From positions 3,738 to 67,737 of the forward strand of contig DAOULT010000027.1 of NCBI GenBank assembly GCA_034417895.1: a stretch of 64,000 nt of DNA, read 5' to 3'. The translations under genes and the position numbers were made by a program. This document shows, piece after piece, positions 60,157 to 64,000 of this stretch. Each line of letters begins with the position of its first letter. The stretch's first letter is position 1. The notes under the pieces were generated by a model. That model did not search any database and had not been told where the DNA came from. It saw nothing but the letters and a program-made list of their open reading frames with translations. This DNA is from Anaerolineae bacterium. Its GTDB lineage: Bacteria > Chloroflexota > Anaerolineae > CAZYHC01.

Positions 60157-63100
60157 AAGGATAAGTTCGCAATGGCAAAGACCCAGATCGTGGCGGTGGA
60201 AGATGAATGTCAGTCGCCAGCCAATTATCTGGCGGCTGACGTGGTGGTTGTACCTCCCTGACTTACCTGCATGGTCAGGTGATCGCTTTGGAGGAGCCTG
60301 ACCCCTCCTTAGCTGACGTGACCGAGTAGATAGGAGGTAGAGAGGTGAGCGTCTTGGCTTTAGCCTCCTTACTGGCTTCTGTGATGGCTGCCTTTCTGGG
60401 CAACTTCGTGCTCTATAGAAATCCCAGAAATGCATTGAACCGGGTATTCTTTTTGTTTTGCCTGTCGGCAGCCTATGCGTCTTTTACAGAATTTGGGTAC
60501 CGTCAGGCAGAAACCTTTGCTACGGCCTATTTTTGGCTGAAGGCAGGCTTTTTGTGGACCTTTATACTGCCTTCGGAATTGCATTTTGTCCTGCTTTTTT
60601 CAAAGAAAACCAAACTTCTTGAGAACAAATTAACCTACTTTCTATTATATGGCCCGGCGTCAACGTTTTCGTTCCTGCACCTGATCAACCTGTTCGGAGT
60701 GGAGCCAGTAAAGGCTTATTGGGGTTGGACGTACACCCAGCCCGAGAATCCAATAATGGACGGCGTGTTAGGCATTTGGAGTATGGGGATCGTCCTTCTC
60801 TCTTTATATTTATGCCTGCAATATTACCTGAAGGCCACTGAACAGACGAAAAAGCGACAAAGTTGGTACATATTCCTGGGTGTTTTAATATCGGCGGTGA
60901 TGGGTTCCGTTACAGAATTATTACCTCCCTATCTTAAAATCATGGTTCCAGAATTAACTTCAGTGGGAATTGCTTTTGAATGCGTTTTCGTGGCGTATGC
61001 AATGTGGAGATACGAACTATTTGCCCTCACGCCGGCAACCGCGGCAGCAAGTATCATATCTACTATGGCAGATACCCTGCTGCTGGTCAGCCCGGCGGGG
61101 AAAATAGTGACGGTTAATCAGGCCACCTTAGACCTCCTCGGATATGAGGAAAGCGAATTAATCGACCAGCCATCGGAAATTATCCTGGCACGAGAGGGGA
61201 AAAAACTCCAGGACTCACATCTTAAGAGATTGCTGGCCGGTGGGCCTGTCACTGACCTGGAGACCACCTTTAAGACGAAGGATGGTAAAAAGATCCCTAT
61301 CTCTCTGGCCGGGTCCGTAATGCGAGATGAAGATGGCGTGGAGTGGGGGACGGTTTACGTTGGGAGAGACCTGACTGAGCGCAAGCGGGCGGAGGAGGCC
61401 CTGCGTAGAGCGGAGGTCGAGACCCGGCGGCGACTGAAAGAGCAGGCCGCTTTGCGAGAAGCGGGCGCGGTCATCACCTCGACGCTGGACCTGGCTGGCG
61501 TGTTGAGCCGTATTGCCGAGCAGATGGGCCTGGTTATAGACGCCACCAGCGCCTATATCTGCACCGCAGAGCCAGAGGCAGGAACAAGCACCGTGGTGGC
61601 TGAGTACTTCGGTCCGCACGCCTGCGCGCAGGAACGGGTGTCGGACCTGGGCGTCACCCACGTGGAAACCGACGTTGAGTTTCTGAAAGCTCTGCAAGCC
61701 GGTCGGCCTTCAACTGCTCACGTGGACGACCCAGACCTGGACGAATACGAACGGGAGCACATGCAGCAATATGGAGCCAAAAGCGTCCTGGACATCCCGC
61801 TCTACACCCGAGGCCAGGTCATTGGTTTCGCCGAGCTGTGGGAGAGCCGGCGGCGACGAGAATTCACGTCTGAGGAGATCGCTCTCTGTCAGGCCATCGC
61901 CCGGAACGCGACCATGGCCATTGAGAATGCCCGGCTGTTCGAGAGCGAGCGGCGTCAGCGCCAGCGGGCTGAGATGCTGCTGGAGACCAGCAAAGCGGTC
62001 GTTTCCACGCTCGACCTGGGCCAGGTGTTGCTGACCCTGGCCCGTCAACTGCTGGACATCAGCGGATTCCACATTTGCGCCATCTCCGAGTGGGACCGGA
62101 GAGCAGAGCAGATCCGTATCCTGGCCGAGCACACACGCGCCGTTTGGCCCCCCGGCGGCGGAGAGATTTATCCTCTGAGCGACTTTCCAGCCACCGAGCG
62201 AGTCCTGACCAGCGGCCAGCCTGAAGTAATCCGTGCTGGCATGGACGACCCAGAGTTAAGCTGGATGGATGAAATGGGCCTGGCGACCTTGCTGATGTTG
62301 CCATTGCGCGCCGGAGAGGAGATAATCGGCCTGGTTGAGATCGGAAGCACCAAAGTCGAACTCACCTCCGACGGGAAAGCCGTGCTGCGCTGCCAGCAAG
62401 TCCTGCAAGAGGCGGCCCTGGGGCTGAAATCTCCGCCGTGGGCCAATGCGGACGACGAGCTTCTCACCCTGGCGGGCCGACTGGCCGAGGCGGGCGGCGG
62501 TTCCTGGTGTTCCCTCTCGGCCTGGCATCAGCCAGAAGGGGAGGTGCGGACCCTGGCCGAGTACAGCGATCTGGTCTGGTCTCCTGGCATGGGACCATCC
62601 TATCACCCGGAAGACTATCTGGTTGCGGTCAGCTTGATGGAAAAGAACGAATCCGCCACCGCGCGGCTTAGCGACCCCACCATCGAGCCTTTGGACCGGA
62701 ACGAGCTGGTCAGATGGGGGACGCGCACCCTGGTTACCCAACCCCTTTCCGTCAAAGGAGAGCCTATCGGGCTGGTAGAGCTTTACAACGTCACTGAGGA
62801 GCGGCGCGTCAGCGACGACGAACTCCGCCTGTGGCGAGCGGTGGCAGACCAGGCGGCGGTGGCCGTTGAAAACGCTCGTTTGTTCGGGAGCGAACAGCGT
62901 CAGCGCCAGACAGCCGAAACGCTGCTGGAGACCAGCGCGGCCCTCACCTCCACGCTCGACCTGGGCCAGGTGTTGCTGACCCTGGCCGACCAACTGACGG
63001 AGCTTAGCGGGTTCCACAATTGCCGCATCGCCGAACGAGATCGGAAAGCAGAGCAGACCCGCTCTCTGGCCGAACATACACGCGCCGTCTGGCCCGACGG

Positions 63101-63804
63101 TGGAGAACCCTATCCTCTGAGCGACTTTCCAGCCACCGAGCGAGTTCTGACCAGCGGCCAGCCTGAAGTAGTCCAGGTGGGCATGGACGACCCGGAGTTA
63201 ACCTGGATGCTTGAAATGGGCCTGGTGGCTTTGCTGATGTTTCCCTTGCGGGCCGGGGAGGAGATAATCGGTCTGGCTGAGATCGGGAGCACCAAAGTTG
63301 AACTGGCATCTGACGAAAATGCCATGCTGCGCTGCCAGCAAGCCCTGCAAGAGGCAGCTTCGTGGCTGAAATCTCCATTGTGGTCCAATTCGAGCGCCGT
63401 GCTCCTCGAGCTGGCGGGCCGGCTGGTCGAGGTGGGCGGTGGTTCCTGGTGTTCTCTTTCGGCCTGGTATCAGCCGCAGGGGGAAACGCGTTCAATAGTC
63501 GAATACGGCGATTCGATCTGGCCCCCCGGAACGGGGCCAGTCGCCCGGCTGGCCGACTATCCGAGCGAGACCCGCGCAGTAGACAAGGGCCAATCCACCA
63601 TCGTGCGGCTCAGCGACCCCACCCTCGATCGTAGGGACCGGGATGAGTTGGCCGAATGGAGTGCGCGCACGCTGGTTACCCAACCCATTTCTATCAAGGG
63701 GAAGCCTGTGGGGATGATACAGCTTTACGATGTCGTTGAGGAGCGAATCATCAGCGACGACGAACTTCGCCTCTGGCGGGCGGTGGCAGACCAGGCGGCG
63801 GTGG
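58519..63804 (+). repeat. About 940-bp double-GAF module in three copies (58519-59457, 61917-62861, 62862-63803)
   Basis: In-frame boundaries at the A(I/V/L)ENARL codons give 939, 945 and 942 nt; shared strings such as gaggagataatcggtctggc, cgctgccagcaagtcctgcaagaggc, ctgtggcgagcggtggcagaccaggcggc. Confidence 0.9.
60172..60261 (+). pseudogene. 5' stub of a response-regulator receiver domain
   Basis: Hand translation MAKTQIVAVEDECQSPANYLAADVVVVPP*; beta1 plus acidic pocket intact, then unrelated sequence; RBS AAGGA; 15 nt after the kinase stop. Confidence 0.65.
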
Positions 63805-64000
63805 CCCTGGAGAATGCGCGGCTGTACGAGCAGGCGCGGCAAGAAATCGTCGAGCGGATGCGGGCCGAGGGGCAAATCAGAGCCTCACTCCGAGAGAAGG
63901 AAGTGCTTCTCAAGGAAATTCACCACCGGGTCAAGAACAATTTGCAAGTCATCTCCAGCCTGCTCTACCTTCAATCCCAAAACGTTGGAGATGCCCTGTC
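60345..64000 (+). CDS. Second giant histidine kinase (7TM - PAS - GAF x5 - HisKA_2), runs off the right edge
   Basis: Absent from the ORF track because no stop occurs in the window. GTG 60345 after AGGAGG gives [36 protein letters not shown]; [12 protein letters not shown] at 63912 is in the same frame. Confidence 0.88.
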   Translation, partial: MSVLALASLLASVMAAFLGNFVLYRNPRNALNRVFFLFCLSAAYASFTEFGYRQAETFATAYFWLKAGFLWTFILPSELHFVLLFSKKTKLLENKLTYFLLYGPASTFSFLHLINLFGVEPVKAYWGWTYTQPENPIMDGVLGIWSMGIVLLSLYLCLQYYLKATEQTKKRQSWYIFLGVLISAVMGSVTELLPPYLKIMVPELTSVGIAFECVFVAYAMWRYELFALTPATAAASIISTMADTLLLVSPAGKIVTVNQATLDLLGYEESELIDQPSEIILAREGKKLQDSHLKRLLAGGPVTDLETTFKTKDGKKIPISLAGSVMRDEDGVEWGTVYVGRDLTERKRAEEALRRAEVETRRRLKEQAALREAGAVITSTLDLAGVLSRIAEQMGLVIDATSAYICTAEPEAGTSTVVAEYFGPHACAQERVSDLGVTHVETDVEFLKALQAGRPSTAHVDDPDLDEYEREHMQQYGAKSVLDIPLYTRGQVIGFAELWESRRRREFTSEEIALCQAIARNATMAIENARLFESERRQRQRAEMLLETSKAVVSTLDLGQVLLTLARQLLDISGFHICAISEWDRRAEQIRILAEHTRAVWPPGGGEIYPLSDFPATERVLTSGQPEVIRAGMDDPELSWMDEMGLATLLMLPLRAGEEIIGLVEIGSTKVELTSDGKAVLRCQQVLQEAALGLKSPPWANADDELLTLAGRLAEAGGGSWCSLSAWHQPEGEVRTLAEYSDLVWSPGMGPSYHPEDYLVAVSLMEKNESATARLSDPTIEPLDRNELVRWGTRTLVTQPLSVKGEPIGLVELYNVTEERRVSDDELRLWRAVADQAAVAVENARLFGSEQRQRQTAETLLETSAALTSTLDLGQVLLTLADQLTELSGFHNCRIAERDRKAEQTRSLAEHTRAVWPDGGEPYPLSDFPATERVLTSGQPEVVQVGMDDPELTWMLEMGLVALLMFPLRAGEEIIGLAEIGSTKVELASDENAMLRCQQALQEAASWLKSPLWSNSSAVLLELAGRLVEVGGGSWCSLSAWYQPQGETRSIVEYGDSIWPPGTGPVARLADYPSETRAVDKGQSTIVRLSDPTLDRRDRDELAEWSARTLVTQPISIKGKPVGMIQLYDVVEERIISDDELRLWRAVADQAAVALENARLYEQARQEIVERMRAEGQIRASLREKEVLLKEIHHRVKNNLQVISSLLYLQSQNVGDAL

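Overview
Bacterial chromosomal window with no rRNA, tRNA, CRISPR array or transposase detected. The lipoprotein PBP2 and the giant 7TM-PAS-GAF kinases suggest Chloroflexota/Anaerolineae, but this is inference. (1) Positions 1-47.6 kb are one co-directional minus-strand surface-glycan cluster of about 46 genes that continues past the left edge. It has both a Wzy/Wzz arm and a Wzm/Wzt ABC exporter, about 8 glycosyltransferases and about 10 SAM methyltransferase-like genes. It also has a CDP-glucose to 3-C-methyl-6-deoxyhexose (vinelose-like) module, a cassette with two thiamine-diphosphate systems plus GmhA and an HldE-like enzyme (branched or higher-carbon sugar), a radical SAM/SPASM enzyme, an HPr-kinase-like P-loop protein and an inserted VapC toxin-antitoxin pair. 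(2) 47.6-48.0 kb is a structured intergenic region with convergent promoters. (3) 48-54.8 kb holds a PBP2 divergent from a UDP-glucuronate decarboxylase / O-antigen-ligase-like / GtrA / GT87 operon. (4) 55.5-64 kb holds two tandem giant histidine kinases built from recently duplicated GAF modules; the second runs off the window. Three gene stubs missed or misread by the ORF track were found: a wecC-like 5' stub, an FkbM-type gene with an in-frame internal deletion, and a response-regulator 5' stub. All product calls come from motif recognition by eye; no database searches were run.
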